From Bdellovibrionales bacterium (GTDB lineage: Bacteria > Bdellovibrionota > Bdellovibrionia > Bdellovibrionales > UBA1609), in NCBI GenBank assembly GCA_050246815.1, contig JBFWVI010000063.1:1-15544 (forward strand): a stretch of 15,544 nt of DNA, written 5' to 3'. This document shows, piece by piece, positions 7,755 to 15,544 of this stretch (the stretch's first letter is position 1; each line of letters starts with the position of its first letter). The notes below the pieces were generated by a model. The model did not search any database, was not told the origin of the DNA, and was given only the letters and a program-made list of their open reading frames with translations. A program made the position numbers and the translations under genes.

Positions 7755-8528
7755 ATGACGGATTGGCAAAAGACCAGCCACTTTTATGACCAGCGTACGT
7801 TGGCTTCCCAGCAGCATCAAGATCAAGCAACCGCGATTCCTTTGGAGTTTGCGGCGCCATATGAGTATGTTTTTAAGCGTCTTGAGCTGCAGAAGACCCC
7901 GCCTTCACGACTACTGGATGTTGGCTGTGGCCATGGTTTGCATAGTATCCGTGCCGCCCAGTTGGGGTTTGATGTTGTGGGAGCAGACATCTCAAAAGAT
8001 TCCTTGCAGGTGGCAACCAGGATGGCAAAAAAACTAGCTGCCCATGAAAAGTGCCAGTTTTTGCTGTGCCCCGCTGAGCAGATCGAGGCTCTGGGTCAAT
8101 TCGACGCCTTATTCGAAAGTGGTACCTTTTACTACCTGACATGGCCGACCATCGAAGCTCTCTTTAAATCAGCCCTGCGCCAACACGGACGGGTTTATTT
8201 AATTGAGACCTTAGGCGACAGTCTGATTTTAAAATTATGGCGTCGCTTTCGTCCTCGCCAAAATCACCGCGACCTGATGTCAGTGCATGGTCTGTGGCGC
8301 CATAAAGATGTCGAACGCTGTCTTTCACTTTTACAAGATGGCGAGGCAAGATACTTTGACTTTTTCGCCTTAGCCACGATCTTGTTGCGGCGGTTTCCCT
8401 CGCTCCACAAACCAGCTCTTCACGTGGCCACGAAATTAGATGATTGGCTTTTAAACCGTTTTGGTTTTCACAAACTTGCGTTCAAGGTTGTCATCACAGG
8501 GAAAAAAAAGACTTTCAACGCTCTTTAA
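7755..8528 (+). CDS. Class I SAM-dependent methyltransferase (paralogue 1)
   Basis: Motif I LLDVGCGHG, VVGADIS, FDALFESG. ATG 7755 (MTDWQK) preferred; ATG 7695 lies inside the inverted repeat. Confidence 0.85.
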   Translation: MTDWQKTSHFYDQRTLASQQHQDQATAIPLEFAAPYEYVFKRLELQKTPPSRLLDVGCGHGLHSIRAAQLGFDVVGADISKDSLQVATRMAKKLAAHEKCQFLLCPAEQIEALGQFDALFESGTFYYLTWPTIEALFKSALRQHGRVYLIETLGDSLILKLWRRFRPRQNHRDLMSVHGLWRHKDVERCLSLLQDGEARYFDFFALATILLRRFPSLHKPALHVATKLDDWLLNRFGFHKLAFKVVITGKKKTFNAL

Positions 8529-9401
8529 TTAGTCGTCTGACTTTTTAATCAGTTCGAATGTGAACTGCCAGGCCATCAAACGAACCAGCGGCACGCGCGA
8601 CAAGAGGGCGTCAATTCCGTCACAAAGCCGTAAGGCGAGACCGCGAGTCGCACTTGGCAAATAGGCACAAAAGATCGATAGATAATGCCAATATCGAATT
8701 TCCCCGACTTGAAAGAAACGCTTCGCAAAACGAATATCTTTTAGGGAAAGAATATGATTCTTTTCCCACTCTGTGCGCATGGACGGCGTCAAAACTCGAT
8801 AAGCTTTGATCGCTGGATTATAATTCAGTGCTTCGACGGCCAAAATGCGGCCGCCGGGCTTTAAAATGCGTCGTAACTCAGGAAACGCGTAAGAGAGATC
8901 CAGATGGTGCAGCATCCCGCTACATAAAATCACATCAAACGTGTTGTCAGGTAAACCCGTCGCCTCGCAATCACCTTGAACAAAAATACAACGCTCTCCG
9001 ACACCCTGAGTGGCGGCATCTTGGTTGCCGTTTTGCACAGAGACATTACTGATATCCAAACCGACTGCCAACGCCGCACCCGCCTTGGCTGCGCGAATGG
9101 CTTGCCCGCCGTTCCCGCATGCATAGTCTAAAAACACTTTGCCCTTGGTATGGCGGGCCAACCAACTTTCAACGTAATGGCGCGAAGCCGCAACCGTAGA
9201 GTAATATTTTTTGTTTCCGTGCAACAATTCATAAGTGTCAGACGGCAGTGAATTGGTCAGCGCGCGGTCGCGGTCTTTGTTATGAAACTCGAGTTCGGCT
9301 CTTTTTCTGGTGTTCAGTCCTTGCGTCCAATTCATCTGGCTGCTTTGTTGGGCGATTTGCAAAATATTTTGTCGTAAAGCCGTTACGGGATCCATTTGCA
9401 C
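8529..9401 (-). CDS. Class I SAM-dependent methyltransferase (paralogue 2)
   Basis: FLDYACGNG, VGLDIS, FDVILCSGMLHHLD, RILKPGG. AAGGAG SD 5 nt upstream of GTG 9401. Confidence 0.92.
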   Translation of the reverse strand: MQMDPVTALRQNILQIAQQSSQMNWTQGLNTRKRAELEFHNKDRDRALTNSLPSDTYELLHGNKKYYSTVAASRHYVESWLARHTKGKVFLDYACGNGGQAIRAAKAGAALAVGLDISNVSVQNGNQDAATQGVGERCIFVQGDCEATGLPDNTFDVILCSGMLHHLDLSYAFPELRRILKPGGRILAVEALNYNPAIKAYRVLTPSMRTEWEKNHILSLKDIRFAKRFFQVGEIRYWHYLSIFCAYLPSATRGLALRLCDGIDALLSRVPLVRLMAWQFTFELIKKSDD

Positions 9402-9445
9402 GCGGGCTCCTTCATTAGCGTTTTGCGATGCGATAAAACCATACT

Positions 9446-10834
9446 TTACCCCTTAACGTCTAGCAAACTTCGCTTGCGGCTTGACCAGAACCATAGGCTT
9501 AAAGAAGCTACGGGCGCTGCAGATAAATCTACCCACCACTTCAGTCCAAAGACTCCATAAATACGACACAGACCCCATGTGATTAAAATTGCACCCCCCG
9601 CGGTCGCCGCTACGTGGAACAGTGATTTGAAGTGAAATTTCGCTAAACGCCAAAACACCCCTAACCACAGCAAATAGTAGAGAAAAGTCATCACAGAAAA
9701 GACGGCCACGATCTGCAAACTTTCGATGCCCCTTTGCACCAATATGAAAATGAGGGTCACCAACAAACTTGTGTACCCCACCTCCAATACCAAGCCCGTC
9801 TTTTGCCTACCCAAAATATCAAAGCCGCGATCTAACCAGGCTGTCACCGAGTAGCCAAGTCCAGCCAACAAAACGGCCCATAAAATATAATCCCCGCCTA
9901 ACCACTGAGCACCTAAATAAGCTTTCACGACAGCCGTCGAATTTAGAGTCAAAACAACGATGAGCGGGCAATACAATAAAACCGTCCACCTCATGGTGTT
10001 GGCGATTTCTTGCTCCGCCGCCATTAGACCACCTTTGGCAATAGCAGATAGAAAAATGGGTCTTGCAGCTGTTGCGAGCAAGGAACCGGGTGCAGAAGAC
10101 AGCCGATCCAGCTGTTGATGCAACCCCACCGCCGGGACAGGACCAATCAGCGGATAAACCAACCTGAGGCGCAATATTGTCGTCAACGCAACTGGCATTG
10201 AAAAAAGTGGGAAGGCACGAAATTGCTTCAACGCGCGCAATAAGCTTTTTACATTTGGCGGGCGGCGAACCAAAAACCAACGTGTCCGCAACACACCAAA
10301 CAAGATAAAAAGTGCAGCAAAAAAATAAGCAACGACAAATCCGAATACCAAGGGATGTTCAACATGGTCCTTTAAAATCAGGGGGAAGAAACTAATTCCA
10401 ACCGAAACAATCAGATTGGCCCAAGAATACAAAAAAACATGGCCGCCACGAAGTAAGATCGCAGCACCAACCCAAAAAACGTTGGAAAAGGCGAGGCTAA
10501 AAAGCATCGCTAGAACAAAAAAGCGGGAATCGGCCCCAATCAAAGCCGCAATCACCAAACCAATTAACACTTGCAGGAGTGTCAAATAAAGAGCCGCCCA
10601 CACTAAACCCCGCGTATGAAGCTGGCCGCGCACCACATACAACGCATCCGAAAGCTTAAACAAGGCCACAGTGTAAAGTATGGAGTACCATCCCACATAC
10701 ACGGCATACAGACCGAATTGGTCCGGACTAAAGGTGCGCGCCATGATTGGTACCAGCGCCAAACTCACAACCTGCGAGATAACCGCAACCGGCCCCGTAC
10801 CAAAAAATATTTTCTTTGCCCAAACAGTGAACAT
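9446..10834 (-). CDS. wzx: Wzx-type oligosaccharide flippase (MOP/PST family)
   Basis: 462 aa, many TM segments; PIMARTFSPDQFGLYAVY, FRAFPLFSMP and YLGAQW motifs; locus context. Confidence 0.85.
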   Translation of the reverse strand: MFTVWAKKIFFGTGPVAVISQVVSLALVPIMARTFSPDQFGLYAVYVGWYSILYTVALFKLSDALYVVRGQLHTRGLVWAALYLTLLQVLIGLVIAALIGADSRFFVLAMLFSLAFSNVFWVGAAILLRGGHVFLYSWANLIVSVGISFFPLILKDHVEHPLVFGFVVAYFFAALFILFGVLRTRWFLVRRPPNVKSLLRALKQFRAFPLFSMPVALTTILRLRLVYPLIGPVPAVGLHQQLDRLSSAPGSLLATAARPIFLSAIAKGGLMAAEQEIANTMRWTVLLYCPLIVVLTLNSTAVVKAYLGAQWLGGDYILWAVLLAGLGYSVTAWLDRGFDILGRQKTGLVLEVGYTSLLVTLIFILVQRGIESLQIVAVFSVMTFLYYLLWLGVFWRLAKFHFKSLFHVAATAGGAILITWGLCRIYGVFGLKWWVDLSAAPVASLSLWFWSSRKRSLLDVKG

Positions 10835-10863
10835 ACGCCGTTGCCCCGGTGCGTTAAGCGCCC

Positions 10864-10893
10864 TTGTCGAATTTCGCTATTCTCTCGTATATT
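10864..10893 (+). promoter_or_regulatory. Putative sigma70-type promoter for the GT4-wbpA-E1 operon
   Basis: TTGTCG (10864-10869, 4/6), 18-bp spacer, TATATT (10888-10893, 5/6) in the 133-bp divergent gap. Confidence 0.4.
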
Positions 10894-10967
10894 GCGGCTC
10901 ACAATAGCATAGCAAGAAACAACTGGGTTTTACACGCGCTAGCCACGCGAATGACGAAGAGAGAGCG

Positions 10968-12269
10968 ATGCGCATTTGGATTCTAGAAATAGGTGAACCG
11001 TTGCCGCTTGAGGGGGACGTTCGGTTGCACCGCTACGGACAATTCAGCCAGTTTTTGGCCAAAGCGGGCCATCAAGTGACTTGGTGGACATCTTCGTTTA
11101 GTCACGCCCCCAAAAAACATTTTGCTGAAGCAGACCAGGATGTGACTTTCAACGGCGTCACCTTGCGCATGATTCGAGGGTTTGGCTACCCACGCAATAT
11201 CTCGCTGGCGCGGATTCGCCACAATAGACATTTCGCCAAGCGCTTTAGCCAATTGGCGCCGCAATATGAAGCTCCGGATTTGATCATTGCACCGATTCCC
11301 ATCCTTGAGGCCGCTGGGGCGGCGATGGCTTACGCGAAAGCACGCCAAATTCCGGTGCTCACGGACATACGCGACGAGTGGCCAGATGAGCTAAAAAATC
11401 TTGCACCAAAGCCTTTTCGCCCCTTCGCCAGACTCCTGCTCAATCGATCTTATCGGGCAATGACAAGTTTTTGCCGCCAGGTGACCGGCATCATGGCCGT
11501 TTCAGAGCGACAATTGAGTTTTGGTCTGCGCTTCGCGGGACGGCCTCGTCAAAACACCGACCTGATTTTTCCACATGGATATTCACCACAAAAAATCGGC
11601 ACTGAAAAAACAGCACAGGCTGAGTCCTGGTGGACGACACTTGGCACGAAGCCTGAGCCCCTAACATTATGTTTTTTCGGCACCTTGGGCCAATACTTCG
11701 ATTTTGCAACCGTCTTCACTGCTTTTCGTGAGCTGAAAAATGAAATCCCCTTGCAGCTTGTGATCGGCGGCACGGGTAGCAGTCTTGAGGCCTATAAAAA
11801 AGCCGCTGCCGATCTACCCAATGTGATTTTTGCCGGTTGGCTCGAGGCCCCACAAATTCAAGTCGTGATGAAACACTCTCAAGTGGGACTGGCGCCCTAC
11901 ATCAGCGACAGTGCCATGTCTTTGCCTAATAAACCCTTCGAGTACATGTCGGCACGCTTGGCAATCATGTCGAGCATTCAAAGCGAATTGGCCGGTTTGC
12001 TTGCCCGGCACCACTGTGGCCTTACCTATCTTTCGAACGATGTTGCCGCTTTGAAGCAAGGCTTGCGTCAGTTGTACGCCGACCCTACTGAAACAAAAGC
12101 TATGGGCGAACGTGGCTTTCAACTTTGGGCGGCACAGTTTAATACAGATGCGATCTTCAACCACGTCACTTTGCACCTTGAAAAAGTGGTGCAAAACTGG
12201 GCCAATACGCGCAATGCGTCATCAGATTTGCCATTGACGGAATCAGTCCAGCAGGACAAACAGATTTGA
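10968..12269 (+). CDS. GT4-family glycosyltransferase (WbuB/Cap1E-like)
   Basis: GHQVTWWTSSFSH, DIRDEWPD, FFGTLG, PNKPFEYMSA; GA-rich SD-like tract before ATG. Confidence 0.85.
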   Translation: MRIWILEIGEPLPLEGDVRLHRYGQFSQFLAKAGHQVTWWTSSFSHAPKKHFAEADQDVTFNGVTLRMIRGFGYPRNISLARIRHNRHFAKRFSQLAPQYEAPDLIIAPIPILEAAGAAMAYAKARQIPVLTDIRDEWPDELKNLAPKPFRPFARLLLNRSYRAMTSFCRQVTGIMAVSERQLSFGLRFAGRPRQNTDLIFPHGYSPQKIGTEKTAQAESWWTTLGTKPEPLTLCFFGTLGQYFDFATVFTAFRELKNEIPLQLVIGGTGSSLEAYKKAAADLPNVIFAGWLEAPQIQVVMKHSQVGLAPYISDSAMSLPNKPFEYMSARLAIMSSIQSELAGLLARHHCGLTYLSNDVAALKQGLRQLYADPTETKAMGERGFQLWAAQFNTDAIFNHVTLHLEKVVQNWANTRNASSDLPLTESVQQDKQI

Positions 12270-12294
12270 ACTCTTTCCATAATAAGGATGGTTT

Positions 12295-13605
12295 ATGTCC
12301 GCTCAGCATGAGCTTCTAAGCAAAATTGGGTCTAATCAGGCGCTCATTGGCATTGTCGGAATGGGTTATGTGGGTCTTCCCTTGGCGCTGCGTTTTTCTG
12401 AAGTAGGGTTCCCCGTTTTAGGTTTGGATATCGACCCCGAAAAAGTATCCAAACTCAATGACGGCTTAAGCTATATCAAACACATCGATGGGGCTGAAAT
12501 TCGCAAAGCTAAACAAAAAGGATTTTATGCAACGACGGATTTCTCAGATGCCAAAAGGGCCGATGTTTTAATCATCTGCGTGCCCACCCCGCTGAACAAA
12601 TACCGTGAACCGGATTTGTCTTTTGTGATCAACACCACCGAATCCCTGCTGCCCCATTTGCGCAAAGGCCAATTGGTGTCGCTTGAAAGCACCACCTACC
12701 CCGGCACCACCGACGAAGAGCTACTGCCACGGATCGAACAATGCGGCTTCAAAGTGGGTGAAAATATCTTTTTGGTGTTCAGCCCCGAGCGTGAAGACCC
12801 AGGCAACCCCCACTTCAACACTCGCACCATTCCAAAAGTCTGCGGCGGCGTGACCGAGGCTTGTCTGCAAGCCGGCGTCGCACTTTACGGCAAAGCCATC
12901 GATAAAGTTGTTCCAGTCAGTTCGACCCGTGCAGCAGAAATGACCAAGTTGCTTGAAAACATTCACCGCGCCGTCAACATCGGCCTGGTGAACGAAATGA
13001 AAATCGTCGCCGACAAAATGAACATCGACATTCATGAAGTCATCCAAGCCGCCGCCACCAAACCCTTTGGTTTCACCGCCTACTATCCCGGCCCAGGCTT
13101 GGGCGGCCACTGCATTCCGATTGATCCTTTTTACCTGACCTGGAAGGCGCGCGAGTACAACATCAACACGCGCTTCATCGAACTGGCGGGCGAAGTAAAC
13201 GCCAATATGCCTCAGTGGGTGATCAGCAAGGTGTCTCAGGCCCTGAACGAACGAAACAAACCCTTAAAAGATGCCAAAATCCTAATGCTGGGGATCGCCT
13301 ATAAGAAAAATATCGATGACATGCGCGAATCACCCTCGGTGCAGATGATGGAGCTTTTGCGCGAGCAAAAAGCCATCGTCAGCTACACCGATCCCTATGT
13401 GCCCAAGTTTCCCAAAATGCGCGAACACAAATTCGACTTGGTCAGCGAAAAGATTTCGGCGGAAAGTCTACGCCAATATGACTGCGTGATTGTCGGCGCC
13501 GATCATGACGACTTCGATTACGAGATGATCAAAAAACATGCGAATCTGGTGGTCGACACCCGTGGGCGCTACCGCCTGCCCGCGCTTAACATCGTGAAGG
13601 CTTAA
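12295..13605 (+). CDS. wbpA: UDP-N-acetylglucosamine 6-dehydrogenase (WbpA type)
   Basis: [44 protein letters not shown], catalytic [19 protein letters not shown]; 436 aa and by recall very close to P. aeruginosa WbpA. AAGGA SD. Confidence 0.93.
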   Translation: MSAQHELLSKIGSNQALIGIVGMGYVGLPLALRFSEVGFPVLGLDIDPEKVSKLNDGLSYIKHIDGAEIRKAKQKGFYATTDFSDAKRADVLIICVPTPLNKYREPDLSFVINTTESLLPHLRKGQLVSLESTTYPGTTDEELLPRIEQCGFKVGENIFLVFSPEREDPGNPHFNTRTIPKVCGGVTEACLQAGVALYGKAIDKVVPVSSTRAAEMTKLLENIHRAVNIGLVNEMKIVADKMNIDIHEVIQAAATKPFGFTAYYPGPGLGGHCIPIDPFYLTWKAREYNINTRFIELAGEVNANMPQWVISKVSQALNERNKPLKDAKILMLGIAYKKNIDDMRESPSVQMMELLREQKAIVSYTDPYVPKFPKMREHKFDLVSEKISAESLRQYDCVIVGADHDDFDYEMIKKHANLVVDTRGRYRLPALNIVKA

Positions 13606-13609
13606 ACGA

Positions 13610-14689
13610 ATGAATCCTTCGATCGAATACAGCCTGCACGATTTGGCAGACCCCTTTAAATGCACCGATGCCTTGAAAATCCAGGGCGCCGACACCGCTT
13701 GGCTTAAAACGGCCTTGCAACAGATGACCCTCATCCGCAAATCCGAAGAAAAAATCGGCGACATGGTCACGGCAAAAAAAATTGTCTGTCCGTGCCACTT
13801 GGCCATTGGCCAAGAGGCCGTGGCCGTTGGCGTGGCCCGCCATTTGCGCACCACAGACCGCGGCTTTGGCACGCATCGTTCGCATTCGCACTATTTGGCC
13901 GCAGGCGCGTCCGTTGAAGAATTGATGGCCGAAATTCTGGGCAAAGTGACCGGCTGCTCGAAGGGCATGGGCGGCTCGATGCATCTGCAGGCCAAAGAAA
14001 AGGGCTTCATGGGTTCTGTACCAATCGTGGCGGGCACAGTCAGCATGGCCGTCGGCGCTGCTTTTGCAGCCCAACTGGGCGGCGATAAAAACGGCCAAGG
14101 CATGGATGTGGGCGTGGCCTACTTTGGCGATGGCGCAATCGAAGAAGGTGGTGTGCACGAAAGCTTGAACCTGGCCGCCAACTTTAAGCTGCCAATGCTG
14201 TTTGTCTGCGAAAATAATTTATTCAGTTCGCATCTGCATATCAAGTTGCGCCAACCTGCTGAACGAGTCGGCCGCTTTGCTGAAGCCCATCACATTCACA
14301 CGGTACTGGTCGACGGCAACGATGTGGTGGCCGTGGCCGACGCCACCAAACATCTGCTGGATAAAGCCCGTCGCGGCGAAGGGCCGGGATTCTTAGAAGC
14401 CGTGACTTATCGTCACCGCGGCCACGTGGGCCCGCGCGAAGACGACGATGTGGGTTTAAAACGCAAAGACGATTTGAACCAATGGAAAAAGCGCGACCCG
14501 ATCAAGCGCTTAAAAGACGCACTGATCGTACAAAGCATGTTAAATGAAAGTGACCTCAAACAAATGGAAGCCGATGTAACTGCGCTTGTGGAAGACGCCT
14601 GGCAAAAGGCTGAGGCCGCGCCGTATCCCGCCAACGACGCTCTTTTGGATTTGGTCTATCAAGTGCCCCCTCAGACGAGGTGGTCATGA
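13610..14689 (+). CDS. ThDP-dependent dehydrogenase E1 alpha-like subunit
   Basis: CHLAIGQEA, GMGGSMH, ThDP motif GDGA...ENN, VDGNDV, TYRHRGH, DPI. Starts 4 bp after the wbpA stop. Confidence 0.9.
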   Translation: MNPSIEYSLHDLADPFKCTDALKIQGADTAWLKTALQQMTLIRKSEEKIGDMVTAKKIVCPCHLAIGQEAVAVGVARHLRTTDRGFGTHRSHSHYLAAGASVEELMAEILGKVTGCSKGMGGSMHLQAKEKGFMGSVPIVAGTVSMAVGAAFAAQLGGDKNGQGMDVGVAYFGDGAIEEGGVHESLNLAANFKLPMLFVCENNLFSSHLHIKLRQPAERVGRFAEAHHIHTVLVDGNDVVAVADATKHLLDKARRGEGPGFLEAVTYRHRGHVGPREDDDVGLKRKDDLNQWKKRDPIKRLKDALIVQSMLNESDLKQMEADVTALVEDAWQKAEAAPYPANDALLDLVYQVPPQTRWS

Positions 14690-15544
14690 GCGCGCGCAAT
14701 TATGGCGAAGCAATTCGCGACGGTTTTGCTCACCTTTTAAAAAATCACAAAGATGTTTTTTGCATCGGACAAGGCCTTTGGTCGCCCTGGTACGTGGGCA
14801 ATTCAATGACCAACCTAGATAAAGATTTCGGCCAAGCACGCGTGATCGACACTCCAGTGTCTGAAGCTGCCTGCACCGGGGCCGCCATTGGCGCCGCTCT
14901 CTGCGGTTACAAACCTATCGTCATCCACCCACGCGTTGACTTTATGATTTTGGCCACCGACCCCATCGTCAACCAAGCGGCGAAATGGGGCCATATGCTG
15001 GGCGGACAATCAAGGCCCTCGGTCACCATCCGCGGCATTGTCAACCGCGGTGGTCAGCAAGGCGCGCAACACTCGCAAGCATTGCACAGCTGGTTTTCAC
15101 ATGTGCCCGGCCTTCGCGTCGTGATGCCAGCCACAGCTCAAGACGCCCGCGATCTTTTAATCTCCGCAACGCTGTGCCCAGACCCCGTTTTGTACATCGA
15201 TGATCGCTGGCTTTATGACCTCACGGCGGACCTTGGACCCGTGGTTGAAACCCCTTTAGAAAAAATCGGCCCACAATATCTGCGTCGTGGCCAAGATGTC
15301 ACCTTGGTGGGTGCCAGTTACTCGACGCAACTTTGCCTGCAGGCTGCGGACGAACTCGCCAAACAAGGTGTTGACGCAGAGGTCGTGGATTTACGCGTGT
15401 TGAATCCTTGGGATCCAACCTTGATTATCGAATCTGTTCGTAAAACGGGCCGCTTGGTCACGGTTGATGGCAGCTGGCGCAATTGCGGACTGGCTGGTGA
15501 AGTGATGGCTTCTGTGGCCGAGTTTGTCTCGCCCCGCGAACTGC
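14686..15544 (+). CDS. ThDP-dependent dehydrogenase E1 beta-like subunit, 3' end runs off the window
   Basis: Not in the ORF track. ATGA overlap with alpha stop and GAGGTG SD. Hand translation: MSARNYGEAIRDG...FGQARVIDTPVSE...NQAAKW...GAQHSQ...VPGLRVVMP...GQDVTLVG...EVVDLRVLNP...SVRKTGRLV. Confidence 0.92.
   Translation, partial: MSARNYGEAIRDGFAHLLKNHKDVFCIGQGLWSPWYVGNSMTNLDKDFGQARVIDTPVSEAACTGAAIGAALCGYKPIVIHPRVDFMILATDPIVNQAAKWGHMLGGQSRPSVTIRGIVNRGGQQGAQHSQALHSWFSHVPGLRVVMPATAQDARDLLISATLCPDPVLYIDDRWLYDLTADLGPVVETPLEKIGPQYLRRGQDVTLVGASYSTQLCLQAADELAKQGVDAEVVDLRVLNPWDPTLIIESVRKTGRLVTVDGSWRNCGLAGEVMASVAEFVSPREL

Noticed and set aside
7035..9600. AAATTGCACCCCCC present at about 7035 and 9586
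   Set aside because: One 14-bp low-complexity match in 15.5 kb is compatible with chance; both copies are inside intact CDSs.
13569..13576. GGCGGTAG ops-like core on the minus strand
   Set aside because: Antisense within wbpA, lacks the following nnTG, and is not in a leader.
765..13781. Homopolymers as phase-variation tracts (T8 765-772, C7 7043-7049, A8 8502-8509, A8 13774-13781)
   Set aside because: All 8 nt or shorter, in frame, and mostly near gene ends. Read-level length variation would be needed.
13586..14158. 190-aa minus-strand ORF and the other nested short ORFs (e.g. 9819-10280, 12721-13110, 13468-13872)
   Set aside because: They overlap well-supported genes, show no recognisable motifs, and are expected from codon bias.
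1..15544. Host assignment (gene style loosely suggested Bdellovibrionota)
   Set aside because: No marker gene in the window and glycan genes move horizontally; needs a database search.
1..15544. CRISPR arrays, tRNA/rRNA, IS elements, integrases, defence genes
   Set aside because: None seen; nearly all sequence is coding and the largest gaps are about 160 bp or less.

Overview
A densely packed bacterial surface-polysaccharide (LPS O-antigen-like, Wzx-dependent) biosynthesis locus with 14 CDSs, two truncated by the window edges. In order: manC (partial, -), O-antigen ligase/Wzy_C-family membrane protein (-), PglF/WbpM/CapD-type 4,6-dehydratase (+), a hisH2-hisF2-wbpG-wbpH block (-), two tail-to-tail paralogous SAM methyltransferases (+/-), wzx flippase (-), then a GT4 glycosyltransferase, wbpA and a ThDP-dependent E1 alpha/beta-like pair (+, beta partial). 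The hisH2-hisF2-wbpG-wbpH block and wbpA recall the Pseudomonas aeruginosa O5 acetamidino-uronic-acid pathway. The best candidates for new biology are the methyltransferase pair between wzx and hisH2 (possible N-methylation of the acetamidino group) and the divergent E1-like pair coupled to wbpA (possible branched-chain sugar carboligase). Also notable: five strand switches, 0-bp and 4-bp convergent junctions, leaderless-type start contexts, and a codon-usage break inside wbpA. I saw no RNA genes, mobile elements or CRISPR arrays. All family calls come from motif recognition and memory, not database searches.
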